Shown: piece by piece, positions 10,637 to 22,201 of the stretch
Layout of the letters: each line of letters opens with the position of its first letter
How positions within the stretch are numbered: position 1 is the stretch's first letter
DNA from: Octopus bimaculoides
Lineage: Eukaryota
Assembly: GCF_001194135.2 (NCBI RefSeq)
Contig: NC_068981.1
Coordinates: 30,238,084-30,278,819, forward strand
Direction: 5' to 3'
DNA length: 40,736 nucleotides
Program-made: the position numbers and the translations under genes
Notes under the pieces: generated by a model
Seen by the model: the letters and a program-made list of their open reading frames with translations, nothing else
The model's database searches: none
Told to the model about the DNA's origin: nothing

Positions 10637-11081
10637 ATGGCTATGGTTGCTAAGAGACCAGTGGAACCCTTCCACAAGTGAACACTAGTTCAATCCTCAC
10701 TGCCCCACTCAGGCAAAGTGTACAAGAGGTGAAATACTTGTGACCTGGATACACCTGCTGACAATACAGAAAGGTTTCCCTACATTACAAAAAACCTAGA
10801 AGATTTTGCAAAACCCCCAAGTAGCTCCTGCAGTTTCTGCACTGAGCTACTTTATTTCACCAATGTAAGACATGTATTTAAATAAAAATGATGAAATAGG
10901 AAATCAAGTTGAGTGATAGACATTTTCCTGTTACAAATATTAACTTTTTAAAGAGGCTGCAAATAGGTGGTGTTTGTTTAAAATTAACTAAAGTCACCAA
11001 TTTCACAACTAGAAGTTTTGCTAGAATTTATAGGCAAGTACAAAATATTGGCTTGGCCATGCATTTAAGCTGTTTGTTTTC

Positions 11082-11194
11082 CAGGGTTCTGGTTTCAGTC
11101 TGGCCATGTGATAACTTGGGCAAGTGTTGTCTATAGTCCCAAGTTGACAAAAGCTTTGCGAGTAGATTTGGTAGACAGAAACTGAAAGAAGTCC

Positions 11195-11224
<30 letters not shown>
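11082..11224 (+). mobile_element. SINE family A, partial, ending in (TG)n
   Basis: ttgggcaagtg...gatttggtagacagaaactgaaagaag followed by (TG)n. Confidence 0.65.
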
Positions 11225-11227
<3 letters not shown>

Positions 11228-11438
11228 ATCACATGATAATTGTAAACAATCATTCATTTCCAGTCTACTGTGAAACATAAGCCATGGGGAATCAGTCCTT
11301 TACTTGTAAAGAGAGAGAGGGTTTGTGACAGGAAGGGCATCAAGTTGTAAAGATTTTGCCTCAAATTCCAACTGACCTATGCAAGCATGGAAAACAATGT
11401 TAAAACAATATGGAAAAGCAGATGTTATATGGATTCAA

Positions 11439-11869
11439 NNNNNNNNNNNNNNNNNNNNNNNNNNNNNNNNNNNNNNNNNNNNNNNNNNNNNNNNNNNNNN
11501 NNNNNNNNNNNNNNNNNNNNNNNNNNNNNNNNNNNNNNNNNNNNNNNNNNNNNNNNNNNNNNNNNNNNNNNNNNNNNNNNNNNNNNNNNNNNNNNNNNNN
11601 NNNNNNNNNNNNNNNNNNNNNNNNNNNNNNNNNNNNNNNNNNNNNNNNNNNNNNNNNNNNNNNNNNNNNNNNNNNNNNNNNNNNNNNNNNNNNNNNNNNN
11701 NNNNNNNNNNNNNNNNNNNNNNNNNNNNNNNNNNNNNNNNNNNNNNNNNNNNNNNNNNNNNNNNNNNNNNNNNNNNNNNNNNNNNNNNNNNNNNNNNNNN
11801 NNNNNNNNNNNNNNNNNNNNNNNNNNNNNNNNNNNNNNNNNNNNNNNNNNNNNNNNNNNNNNNNNNNNN
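11439..11869. other. Assembly gap (others at 7058-7124, 15904-15913, 27335-27344, 36814-37461, 38362-38768)
   Basis: Runs of N. Confidence 0.99.
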
Positions 11870-11913
11870 ATATATATATATATATATAAAATAAGATAAA
11901 GTTATGTAGAAAC

Positions 11914-12043
11914 CTCTTGTTCTTGTATTTGTTAATACATTCCGTCCTTCCACTTCTACTAACAGCAATGTATGAGAGCGTGATGAAGCTGAATTCATAT
12001 TTGTTGAAGCTGTCACTCTATTTCTCTTCCCACGGGAATACAT
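11914..12043 (-). CDS. KIFC3-like: Kinesin exon 11 (switch I)
   Basis: Acceptor ttttttcaaag, weak donor GAG|GTTTCT. MYSRGKRNRVTASTNMNSASSRSHTLLLVEVEGRNVLTNTRTR(G). Confidence 0.92.
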
Positions 12044-12115
12044 CTTTGAAAAAAAAAAAACGAAAAAGGAATGAAAACAAAAACGAAAAAAAAAATTTTT
12101 TTTAAGCATTTTTAA

Positions 12116-12306
12116 CGCTTTCGATATCAACCCGGCTAAAACCACCTCTGGCTCTTGTTTTCATGTAATGTTTTTATAAGAAACAGTTACAATTTATGTT
12201 CTTAACTAGCTTAATTATACCTAAGTTATTTTACTAAATTCTTTGTTATATCTAAATTTAATTGAAAGAAACACAGCATCTCAAAATAAATACAGTAATG
12301 AAAGGG
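12116..12306. mobile_element. piggyBac-type MITE
   Basis: TTAA-cgcttt...aaaggg-TTGA. Internal blocks shared with 21163 and 28055. Confidence 0.7.
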
Positions 12307-13480
12307 TTGAAGCAAAGAAATAGAACTGGATGGTTGAAAAGTTATTTTTATCATTGAGGTTTAACAGCAGCTAAGCAATAATTTCCTTCAGACATGTGGT
12401 CCAAACTAATCCAAAAGACTGAGTGGTAAATACGACAATACTAAAAGCTTCTAGCAAAGGTGCAAAGTTATATAATGGAAATAGAATAGTTGATTAAGAT
12501 ACCACCAGTACATAACTGACACAATTCTATATTTTTGAGACAAGGAATTTATATTATGTGCTCTATTTACATGAGTCAGACTAGTGTCTACCCTACTGGC
12601 TGGTTGGTGATAGAATGTCAAATAAGATGCTTATTTTGCAATTTATGAGCTATAACATCATTAGCAATGAGCCTACTCCTTGTTCATTGCATATTGATTA
12701 GCAATACTAAGGATTTCATTTATGAGCACCATTACATTTGCTTCGTAGACAGATGACCACATCTTATTTCAGTTTCTGCAGTGGGATATCCTTATCACCA
12801 GCCACTTGTACTCAGTGTGTACCGAGTACATTTTATTATGGAACTAGCACTGTCATGTGCTTGACCAACAGATCAACACGTCTCAAACTGTTCATTTGCC
12901 AACCTCTCTACAATGTGTATTTGATGCAATTTGTGGTACCAGCACTTGTGTGGTTGCCACAAGTGCACCTGAAATAACTAGAGCATACAAAAGCCAAAAT
13001 GTAGTGAAAGCAACAGTTAAGATGAAGACACTAGTCCAAATAATATAGTTCATAATGCATTAATATTTATTCTTTCAAAGGTTAAAAAATATTTGTAGGA
13101 TTTGAATTCTGAGCAAAGGTTTAAACTGAATGCAAAAAGGGCCTTCTCATGATAGTTTACAGATCCTGAGGCTTACTGCACTTGATATTAAGGGACATTA
13201 TTGCTGTATAGTTAAGGCAATGGTCTGAGTAAATTACTTTTAGTTAAGATAGTAATGCATCTAAAATGTCTGGATCCCACTCGAGAAATAAAGTGCTTAG
13301 ACATCTTTGTATTTTAAACTGTTTGCTACCATATTTATTAATTCCCAGAAGGTATCAGCAAGAATTTAAACTAAACACGGCAATGTATATTATTCCTTTA
13401 GACATAGGTGTTCAATTGTAGTATTGCAGCACTACGAGTCACTAGTAATGCAATGGTGCTAATAATAACTTCTAATAGAC

Positions 13481-13710
13481 GGGCGGCGAGCAGGCAGAAG
13501 TATCAGCATGCCCGGCGAAATGCTTAGCTGTATTTCATTTGCTGTTATGTTCCGAGTTCAAATTCCGCAGAGGCCAACTTCACCTTTCATCCTTTCAGGG
13601 TTGATTAAGCAAGTACCAGTCACGCATTGGGTTGATGTAATTGACTTAATCTCTTTGCCTGTCCTTGTTTATCCCCTCTATATTTAACCCCCTGTGAGCA
13701 ATAAAGAAAT
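13481..13710 (+). mobile_element. tRNA-derived SINE, family B, full length
   Basis: ggcggcgagcaggcaga...gttcaaattcc...caataaagaaat. 14-bp TSD with 12/14 match (13467-13480 and 13711-13724). Confidence 0.85.
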
Positions 13711-14036
13711 AATTTCTAACAGACACAAGACCACAATTTCATGCCCGTTTTCTGTTTTTCATGGGTTGGACAATTCAGCAGGGGGTAGCCAGCCAGAGAA
13801 ATGTTATGCAACTATGTTTGCTTTGGAATCGGTTCTACAGTTTGATACCCTTCATTATGTCTACTTGTTTCCTGCTACTTTTACCCAGACAAAGCCAACT
13901 CCAGTAGGTTTGGAATTCAGAACAAAGAATTAAGTTTCAGTGTTATTTGGTCTGTGAGCCACAGTCTTCAATAATAAATCCTATATACAACAAGTCTATT
14001 CAACAAGAACATCTAAAGACACAAAGCATAACTAAC

Positions 14037-14136
14037 CTCATTCACTTCAAGCAATGAATTTGCTTTTTGACGGATTGAATTTTGTCCTTCGATGTTCCAC
14101 ACTTCAAGCCTGCTTTGTTCAGTACTCAAGAGATCC
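14037..14136 (-). CDS. KIFC3-like: Kinesin exon 10
   Basis: Acceptor tttttccgagccag, donor GAG|GTTAGT. (R)DLLSTEQSRLEVWNIEGQNSIRQKANSLLEVNE, phase 2 to 0. Confidence 0.9.
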
Positions 14137-14436
14137 CTGGCTCGGAAAAACAGAAAAGAGAAAAATGCTTTAGTCTGCCACATATATTAGACATCCCCAC
14201 AATACCTGACTACTTTATATATGGAAATTTTTGAGCAAAACATCCTTAACATGCCTAACATCACTGTCAACATACTGAGTGATAGAATAAAAACACTGAT
14301 TAATCTTAAGCAAAACTGGAGGTTTTATGTATTTGTAACATTCACATACAAATGTAATTTTTAAGAAAAAAATCTAGAAAACCTCTTTTTTAGATGTTTG
14401 TTAAATAAAGAAATCAATGGACCTTTGAGAACCAGA

Positions 14437-14782
14437 GGGTCTGCATGGGTGTGGTAAGAAGTTTGCTTCCCAACTACATAACTGAGTTCAGTCCTGGTGC
14501 ATGCTACCTTAGGCAAGTGTATACTGTAGCGTTGGGCTAACCAAAGCCTTGCCAGTGGATTTGACAAACGGAAACTGGAAGAAGCCCTTCATGTGTGTGT
14601 GTGTGTGTCCCACCACCGCTTGACAACTGATGTTGGTGTGTTTACATCCTTAACTTTGCAGTTTGACAAAAAGAGACCAATAGAATAAGTGCCAGGCTTT
14701 AAAAAAGTACTGGGGTGGGGTCGATTCGTTCAACTTTAATATGGTGCCCCAGCATGGCCACACTGACTGAAACATGTAAAAC
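14437..14782 (+). mobile_element. SINE family A, diverged
   Basis: gtgtggtaagaagtttgcttccc...cagcatggccacactgactgaaaca. Confidence 0.75.
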
Positions 14783-15580
14783 AAATGTATCTAAAATGTG
14801 TTGGTATGATGAAGTTAAATGTTAAAAAAGTTTATTTTTCCTACATATTTATACAAGGTTTTTTGACTGTATAAATACGTGCAAGTGTGTATTTATTCTG
14901 ATATTGTAAGAATTAAAAAGAAATGCCCCCCCACTTGTCAGTTCCAACAAAAATATGTGACCCTCACCATTGGGTTTTGTAAGCATTTGTTCGAGTGAAA
15001 ACACTCGTTAAAATTAAACATTGTAGTATAGTTGTCGCACGTATAGCATTTGTAAATTATTTTGTAAGTACTTTTATAGGTACGAGGAATAAAACGGAAA
15101 GAAAATATTGAGAACCTTCAGCTAAAGGGCAATAATTTCTACAATATAAATAGTTGTCACCCTTGATATCAGTGGATAAATTATTTCTAGCCAAACAGGT
15201 TAAGATGGTATATTTAGAACAGTTCAAATTAATGGAATAGTCTTAAAACACTACAGACACTCAGGAGATGAAACCTATCTATACTAGACACTGAAAAAGC
15301 TATTTTTATTTAAATACATAAAACGGATGTTATTTAAAATTCTGCGAAAATCTCAATTCTTAGATAAGACCGTCATCTTTCGAAATTGAGATCAGTTGAT
15401 CATTCGTGTATCACTTTCAACTATAGACAGTATTCCTCTTCAGACAAATTTCTTTTGTTTCCAATATATTTTACATTCAATATATAAGTTGCTAAGTAAA
15501 CATTTAGCTATCTCAATGTCATAATAGATGTGGTCAAGGTTATTAAATCATGACAGGATTCCATAAAGAAGTTGTAACTT

Positions 15581-15740
15581 CAGCCATCATCGTTTAACGT
15601 CTGCCTTCCATGCTGGCATGGGTTGGACGGTTTGACGGGAGCTGGCGAACCAGAAGACTGCACTAGATTTCGGTGTGTTTTAGCATGGTTTTTACAGCCC
15701 TTCCTAACACTGACCACCCTGCAGAATGTGCTTACACAGG
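15581..15740 (-). mobile_element. RTE-type 3' tail
   Basis: catcatcgtttaacgtctgccttccatgctggcatgggttgga. Confidence 0.75.
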
Positions 15741-16104
15741 ATTCGATACCAATTGTCATTTTTATTGTGATTATAGCTACAAGTAAAAAAAAAAATTTCA
15801 GATGATAAACTGAATTGGTGAGGTAAGTGTTTGTCATGTCCTTGGCAGGAAATTTACGTTTCCTTACAATCTATCTACCTCCATTGAATTTTTTTTTTTT
15901 TTTNNNNNNNNNNATTTTTTTTTTTTTTTTTTTGGTGGTGGGGATTCCAGAATCTGAGAATCACCTGAATTGTTTAAATGATTTGCCTGTTACATAAACA
16001 ATGTAAGAGAATTTGGAGCCAAATGCTTGTTTTAAGGGATCTGTTAGTTCATGCAGACAATATAGTTCAGTACTCATTTGGTAAATGACATGATCTGAAT
16101 TTAC

Positions 16105-16232
16105 CTGATTTGTTCATTATAAATTTCAAGCATGCTGACATAGACGGAATAAATCCAGTCATGTTTTGCAGAAATTTCATTAAATAATTTATCGAGAGCT
16201 CTTGGATTGATCCCCGGGTCAGTCAGGGTACC
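16105..16232 (-). CDS. KIFC3-like: Kinesin exon 9
   Basis: Acceptor tattttag, donor CAG|GTAAAT. GTLTDPGINPRALDKLFNEISAKHDWIYSVYVSMLEIYNEQI(R). Confidence 0.96.
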
Positions 16233-16474
16233 CTAAAATATAGATTAAAAAAAAGAAAAGATTTATTAGTTCTGCTGGTTAGATATTTGGTGATTGAGGT
16301 TTTGACATACTTTTTGTCAACATGTGTCATCAAATACAGTATATTACACTAAACAATGCACGTCATTTTCATACATACAATATCTTAAGTTGCCTGTAAA
16401 AAACCCCCACACTTTCTGAATTCCTTTTCGAAGGTCTTCAACACAAAAATAAGCAGAAATAAAACCTAACTTAC

Positions 16475-16579
16475 TTCCATCGTGTAAGTTTTTCCTGATC
16501 CAGTTTGGCCGTAAGCCACAATACATACATTGAAGCCATCAATACAGGAGGTAATCAAAGATTCTACTTCTTCAAACAA
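16475..16579 (-). CDS. KIFC3-like: Kinesin exon 8 (P-loop)
   Basis: Acceptor ttaattccag, donor GAA|[41 protein letters not shown]. Confidence 0.97.
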
Positions 16580-16844
16580 CTGGAATTAAAAATTGCATTT
16601 ATGATATCAACTTATTGATTAATAGATTGAATTATGCAGATAACACTTTCTCAAAAATGAAGCAATTGCATCAATTTCTCAAAAACCCTAAGATTAATTA
16701 TAAACATAGTATCCTTGATGACTGTTTCCCTTTAATTGAATGAAATTTGTAAAACCCTCTTCCTGATCTTATGCTAACATTTTACAGGGTTCAGGATGGG
16801 GTATTGTCAATTGAATTTACCAAGATTTCTGATGTGGCTAGGTG

Positions 16845-16995
16845 TAGGCATAGTCGGGTGGTAAGAAGTTTGCTTCCCAACCACAGTTTTGGGTTCAGTC
16901 ATAGAGCATGACACCTATAGTTCCAAGCTAACCAAAGCCACGAGTGGATTTGGTAGACAAACTGAAAGAAGTGTGTGTGTGTGTGTGTGTGTGCA
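16845..16995 (+). mobile_element. SINE family A, partial
   Basis: ggtaagaagtttgcttcccaacc...gtggatttggtagacaaactgaaagaag followed by (TG)n. Confidence 0.65.
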
Positions 16996-17089
16996 TGCAA
17001 ATCTCTCCTTGCCTTATCATGACAGTTGTAAACAAGTGTCATTCATGCAAGAAGTGTCAGTTTCCAATTGTCCATGAAAACCTATCTGG

Positions 17090-17889
17090 TCATCATCATC
17101 ATCGTTTAACATGTTTTCCATGCTAGCATGGGTTGGACGATACAACTGAGAACCGGATGGTTGCACCAGGCTCCAATCTGATCTGGCAGAGTTTCTACAG
17201 CTGGATGCCCTTCCTACCGCCAACCACAGAGTTTAGTGGGTGCTCTTACATACCACTGGCATGAGGGCCAGTCTGGCAGTACTAGTACTGGCAACGGCCA
17301 CACTCAAAATGGCGTTTTTTACGTGCCACCTGCACAGGAGCTAGTCCAGCGTCACTGGCAATGGCCTCGCTTGAATGTATTCTAACGTGCCACCGGCACA
17401 AGTGCCAGTAAGGTGACGCTGGCAATGATAATGCTTGGATGGTGTTGTCAGTGCTACACTGGCACAGGTGCCAGTCATCAAATATGGTTCAATTATGATT
17501 TCACTTGCCCCAACAAGTCTTCACAAGCAGAGTTTAGTGTCCGAAGGAGAGTTTGGCATGGGTGTCAGTCGTTGAATCTGGTTCAATTTCGATTGCCTCA
17601 ACAGGTCTACGCAGAGTGTAATGTCCAATGAAGTAAAAATACGAATAAGTGAGCTGACTACACTCCTGGCAGAGGCCACGGATTATGGTCTCACTTGGCT
17701 TGCCGGGTTTTCTCACACACAGCATATTTCCAAAGGTCTCGGTTAGAAGTCATTGCCTTGGTGAAGCCTAATGTTTGCAAGTTGTGCTTCACCACCTCAT
17801 CCCAAGTCTTCCTGAGTCTACCTCTTCCACAGGTTCCCTCAATCGCTCGGGTGCGGCACTTTTTCAGACAGCTATCCTCACCCATTCTT
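17090..17889 (-). mobile_element. RTE LINE 3' part (ORF2 C-terminus plus 3' UTR and (GAT)n tail)
   Basis: EDSCLKKCRTRAIEGTCGRGRLRKTWDEVVKHNL...NRDLWKYAV is a typical RTE C-terminus, with its stop at 17691. Confidence 0.88.
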
Positions 17890-18257
17890 ATTTCTTTATT
17901 GCCCACAAAGAGCTAAACAGAGGGCACAAACAAGGACAGACAATCGGATTAAGTTGATTACATCGAACCAGTGTGTAACTGGTACTTAATTGATTGACCC
18001 TGAAAGGATGAAAGGCAACGTTGACCTCGACAGAATTTGAACTCGGAATGTAAAGACATGAAATACCACTAAGCATTTCACCTCGCGTGCTGATGTTTCT
18101 GCCAGCACACTGCTTTACCACAGTTTTTGTCTACTGAGTTCACTCCCAAGTCTTTGTTTGATCCAGGGTTATCATGTAGAAATTCACCCAAGGTAATACA
18201 CAGTGGGACTGAACTTGAAACTATGCATTTCGCCCTGCACACTAACGTTTCTGCCAG
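17890..18257 (-). mobile_element. Composite SINE insertion (B head + A-like fragment + full B) interrupting the LINE
   Basis: Flanked by ctcacccattctt (17877-17889) and ctcatccattctt (18258-18270), a 12/13 match. Confidence 0.75.
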
Positions 18258-18380
18258 CTCATCCATTCTTGCCACATGACCATACCAGTGCAATCGTCTT
18301 TCTTGCACACCACAACTGATGCTTCTTAGGTCCAACTTTTCTCCCAAGGTACTTACACTGTCGAGTATGCACACTGGGGA
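18258..18380 (-). mobile_element. Upstream continuation of the same RTE ORF2
   Basis: TLGEKLDLRSISCGVQERRLHWYGHVARMDE joins EDSCLKKC across the insertion. Confidence 0.85.
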
Positions 18381-19159
18381 AAATATTACCTTACTTCGAA
18401 GGGAAGGGAAGGCAACAGGATGGGCATCTGGCCATAAAAAATCTGCCTCCACAAATTTTGTCTTACCTTTGTGAGTATGGAAAAGGTGGACATTAAAAAA
18501 TTATATCACTCGGGAGGGATGAAAGGAAGCGATTTGGCAGAGACATTGTTGCAGTATTTGTTCCAGATCAGTGTTCAGATTGTGTCGAAGTCAATAAAGT
18601 AGCAGTCAAATATTAGATTTATTATACTCTCGTATCATCTATAGTGCAGAATGTAACTTGATAGCATGGAGGTCCTATGCTGAAACCAAGAAGCTTCTAA
18701 ACTTGCAAGGTGTAAGCTGAAACCTGAAAGGCAAAGTCAGCTGTTTAAAAACTGATTCATTGTTAGTTCTATTGTAAGTTGAAGTGTTATAACCAGGTTG
18801 TGCAGTTGTGCAATAAAACTTGACATCAAGAATTTAATAGTTCTCGTTTTTAAATAACTCTTCCACAATCTGGTTCATTTTTAGTACAATTACAGATCAA
18901 GTTACTTGCTAGATGTTTACAACGCCAAAATCTAACTTTGGTATACAAAACTTGTTTTACTACAAAAAAAAAGACATAAAATGCAGAAACTACATTTATA
19001 TGTAGTTCACAGTACAAACTGTGTGTAGAGTTTTATATTTTTGATGTAAAAGTTTGCACTAAGATTGTTCTCAGGCAGCCAAGGGTCAGATGGGGTCAAA
19101 CTCAATGCACCCTTAGAGTGAGTGAGTATAGAGGTGCAGTTATGAAACACTGACATCAG

Positions 19160-19470
19160 TCACACCTACAATCTCACTTGGCTTGATGGCCTTCTCAAGC
19201 AGGGTATATTGCCAAAATTCTCAGTCACTTGTCACTGCTTCTGTAAGGCCCAAAGTTTGGAGGTGCCAGTTACAAGACATTGGCCACGACTGATTTTACT
19301 TGGCTTGATGGGTCAAGCACAGGATATTGCCCAATGTTCAAGGGGTGCTTTTTATATGTCACCAGCACGAGTACCAGTTACACCACACTGACATCAGCCA
19401 CAACTGTGATTTCACTTGGCTCGATAGGTCTTCTAAAGCATGGTATATTGCCAAAAGGTCTCCGTAACGT
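19160..19470 (-). mobile_element. Diverged RTE 3' UTR-like fragment
   Basis: tttttatatgtcaccagcac and gatttcacttggct blocks shared with 17250-17690. Confidence 0.5.
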
Positions 19471-19596
19471 GTCTGTGTTCAATAGTCATTTAGTCTTGGA
19501 TTCATTTTGTTCTAATTTGAATCCTATAAAAAATATTTGCTTTCACAATGAGATATTTCATTACAAAACAGTGATTGAAGTAAACTGATAACTTAC

Positions 19597-19772
19597 CTGA
19601 GACTGTGTACAATCTTGAGGAAAAACTAAACTCATTTCAAAATTAAATATTTTCCTTCTCTGTTTTACAAGTACAACATCCTTATTGTTTGGACCAATAT
19701 ACACACAATCTTCATTTGCTCCTTCGATATTTGTGTCTAATGGCCGAATCCGACAAAACACTCGAATATTAC
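19597..19772 (-). CDS. KIFC3-like: Kinesin exon 7 (motor start)
   Basis: Acceptor ttaattag, donor CAG|GTAAGT. (G)NIRVFCRIRPLDT...VFPQDCTQSQ, 176 nt. Confidence 0.95.
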
Positions 19773-21162
19773 CTAATTAAGTAAATATACCTTTGTTTAA
19801 AGTACTAAAAAATCTTTTTTTTTTTAAAGATGTATCAACATTTGACAGATCAATGTATCTTTTGAAGTACATGAGGTTAGATTTAACATGTTTAAATTGA
19901 AGGTAACTTATCTAGTAAGCTACAATGTTATGTTTAAGTAAACAGATGCAACAAAAAAATGTTAGCAGTAAACTATTTCGATAGAGCAACACAAAATGTG
20001 TCAAACTACAATGTTAGGCTTTCATTTGTATGTCTATGGTTGTAGCCTAATGTATACACAGACGGTCCTGTATGAATTTGGATCACATAAATTCACACAG
20101 ATGAGGTATGGCTAATCCTAAAAAAAAAAAAAGGTTATAAATTTCCATAATGCCCAAATTTAAATTAGTTTGTACAGGGGTGGGCAAAAGTAGATATACA
20201 ATTGCTTGTGGGTCAAACATTTTCTTGAACTCCCAGAAATAGAGAGGGGGGAAGCAAAAAAAAAGGGCTAATGAACTAGACATCTCCGATAGATCCCTTA
20301 GTTGACTAATGAATTAGTTAAAAAAATAGAGAAATAGAAAGATCATTTCACTTGTTAAGCGCCTGTAGACTTAGTTTTGTTCACCCCTGTATATTTTCAT
20401 TGTACTTTCAATGGAAACTAATACTCTTTGGTACCAATTTCTGCATTCTAATTATGAGCAAAATGTCTTACATGCAAAAGAAAAAAAAATTACAATTTAA
20501 AGCATTTCCTCCCATACTGAGATGGGTTGGATGGATGCAGTCCCATAACATCTGAATTCTTCCCAAGACCTAATCCTAAAACTGACCAAACTATAATTTC
20601 CAAAATGGTCCTTGCCACAGCCAAGCTAGAGCACCACCATTTGTTTAACTTACAATAATTTCTCATCTAATAGACAGTCTCCATTCCAGTTACATTAACT
20701 TAATGCTTCCTCCCTTACATATACACCTTCCTCTCAATACCTTTGAGGCCCTGTTACCATTTCACTCCTCTTGTGTTCAATTTCCCATAAATTAATATTT
20801 CCTATTAAACTCCTTACTATTAATCTTATTCTTGAAAAAAAAAAAAAAATGCTCTGCAATCAAACAGTTACATTTATAAGAGCCAATGAACGATCTATGT
20901 AGTGAAGCAACAGGCTAGAAATAATAGCCAAATCTACCTCTAATCGTATTCTATCATCTTTAAGAGAAATGCGTGGCCTGAATGCCAGTTATAGGTTTGT
21001 TCAATCAGGGATAACCTAGGGCTAAACAGCTTACTTTTAGTCAGTTGAAGTAACAATCTGCTTAATTTAGCCACCTTCATCTAGTAATTATGTTAAAATA
21101 AAAACTGACCTGACAGAAACAGCAGCCAAATCTTTCTACAGAATCACACCCAAGTGTCATAA

Positions 21163-21364
21163 CCCTTTTAATACCAACCCGGCTGAAACTGCCTCTGTAG
21201 TACAAATATCTTGCTTACATAAGTTTTGAATTAAAATCTTTCAAACCTTAGTCACAATTTATGTTTCTAACACTAGCTTAACTGGTTTACTAAATTCTTT
21301 GTTATATATAAAATCAATTGAAAGAAACACAGAACCTCTCAAAATAAATACAGTGACAAAAGGG
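21163..21364. mobile_element. piggyBac-type MITE
   Basis: ATAA-CCCTTTT...AAAAGGG-TTAA, 202 bp. Confidence 0.78.
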
Positions 21365-21624
21365 TTAAAACTCAATAGCTGACAATCCTAGATATAACCA
21401 AAAATGAACAAAAGACAAGATCATGAGAATGTTTTGGCCAAACCAACAACTGCTGGTGCTGAAAGAACAAATGAAATTAGAATAGTAAATTCTTTTTTTT
21501 TTTTTATTATCTAATATGAATTTAGCAAATTACAAAATAAAGACCCTAAATACTGAAAGGAGTTTTATGCTTATATTAAGTATTAAAAAGAAACAAAAAT
21601 GCATTTATATGTAAGAAAACTTAC

Positions 21625-21736
21625 CTTTAATCTTCATCAGTTCATTATGATATTTTCTTCTGAGAGCCATTTCTTGATTATATCGAGATATTAATTCAGT
21701 ATCTGGGTTGTGATGTTTCCTTACCATATTCATAGA
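21625..21736 (-). CDS. KIFC3-like: Kinesin exon 6 (neck)
   Basis: Acceptor tttttgcaag, donor AAG|GTAAGT. SMNMVRKHHNPDTELISRYNQEMALRRKYHNELMKIK(G), a kinesin-14 neck. Confidence 0.93.
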
Positions 21737-21810
21737 CTTGCAAAAATTGAAAATATTTTTTCAAAAATAGTATACTTCCTTTCACATTTGTTATAACAAA
21801 AACCTTTTTG

Positions 21811-22201
21811 TACATTATTTACAATTGATGGATATTTGTCCTCATCTTGTTTGCTGTTAACACAACGTTTCAGCTGATATATCCTCCAGCCTTCATCAGG
21901 TATCTTAGGGAAATTTCGAATCTGGGTTCTCATTCCTAAGGTATTTTTCAATATTATTATTATTATTCAGGTGGGCATATGGCATAGTGGTCAAGAGCGC
22001 AGTTCAATTCCAGGCAGTGACCTGAATAATAACATCGAAAAATACCTTAGGAATGAGAACCCAGGCACAAAATTTCCCCAAGACACCTGGTGAAAGCTGG
22101 AGGGTATATCAGCCGAAACGCGTTAACAACAAACAAGATGAGGACATATTCGTCAATTGTAAATAATGTACATAATACCTCATCTCTTAAATATAGAACT
22201 G
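21811..22201 (+). mobile_element. Palindromic tRNA-headed element with hammerhead-type arms (copy 2)
   Basis: Inverted arms about 21809-21972 and 22020-22172, around a 47-nt spacer with A box (21980-21990) and B box (22002-22011). TSD caaaa(a/g)cctttttg at 21797-21810 and 22202-22215, a 13/14 match. Confidence 0.85.
21859..21904 (-). ncRNA. Minimal type I hammerhead ribozyme motif (Penelope-type), intact core
   Basis: Minus strand reads GAUAC-CUGAUGA-A-GGCUG(gaggauauau)CAGCU-GAAACGUU-GUGUU: stem I, stem II, conserved core and palindromic ACGU stem III. Activity untested. Confidence 0.7.

Noticed and set aside
11197-11224. (TG)n, (TA)n and poly-A/T tracts throughout
   Set aside because: Ordinary microsatellites, mostly seeded by SINE bodies and tails.
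11379-11899. Long ORFs containing X runs (also 36730-37492, 38189-38852, 6988-7297)
   Set aside because: They are produced by translating through N gaps. Only the real parts (exon 11, RLE fragment) are kept.
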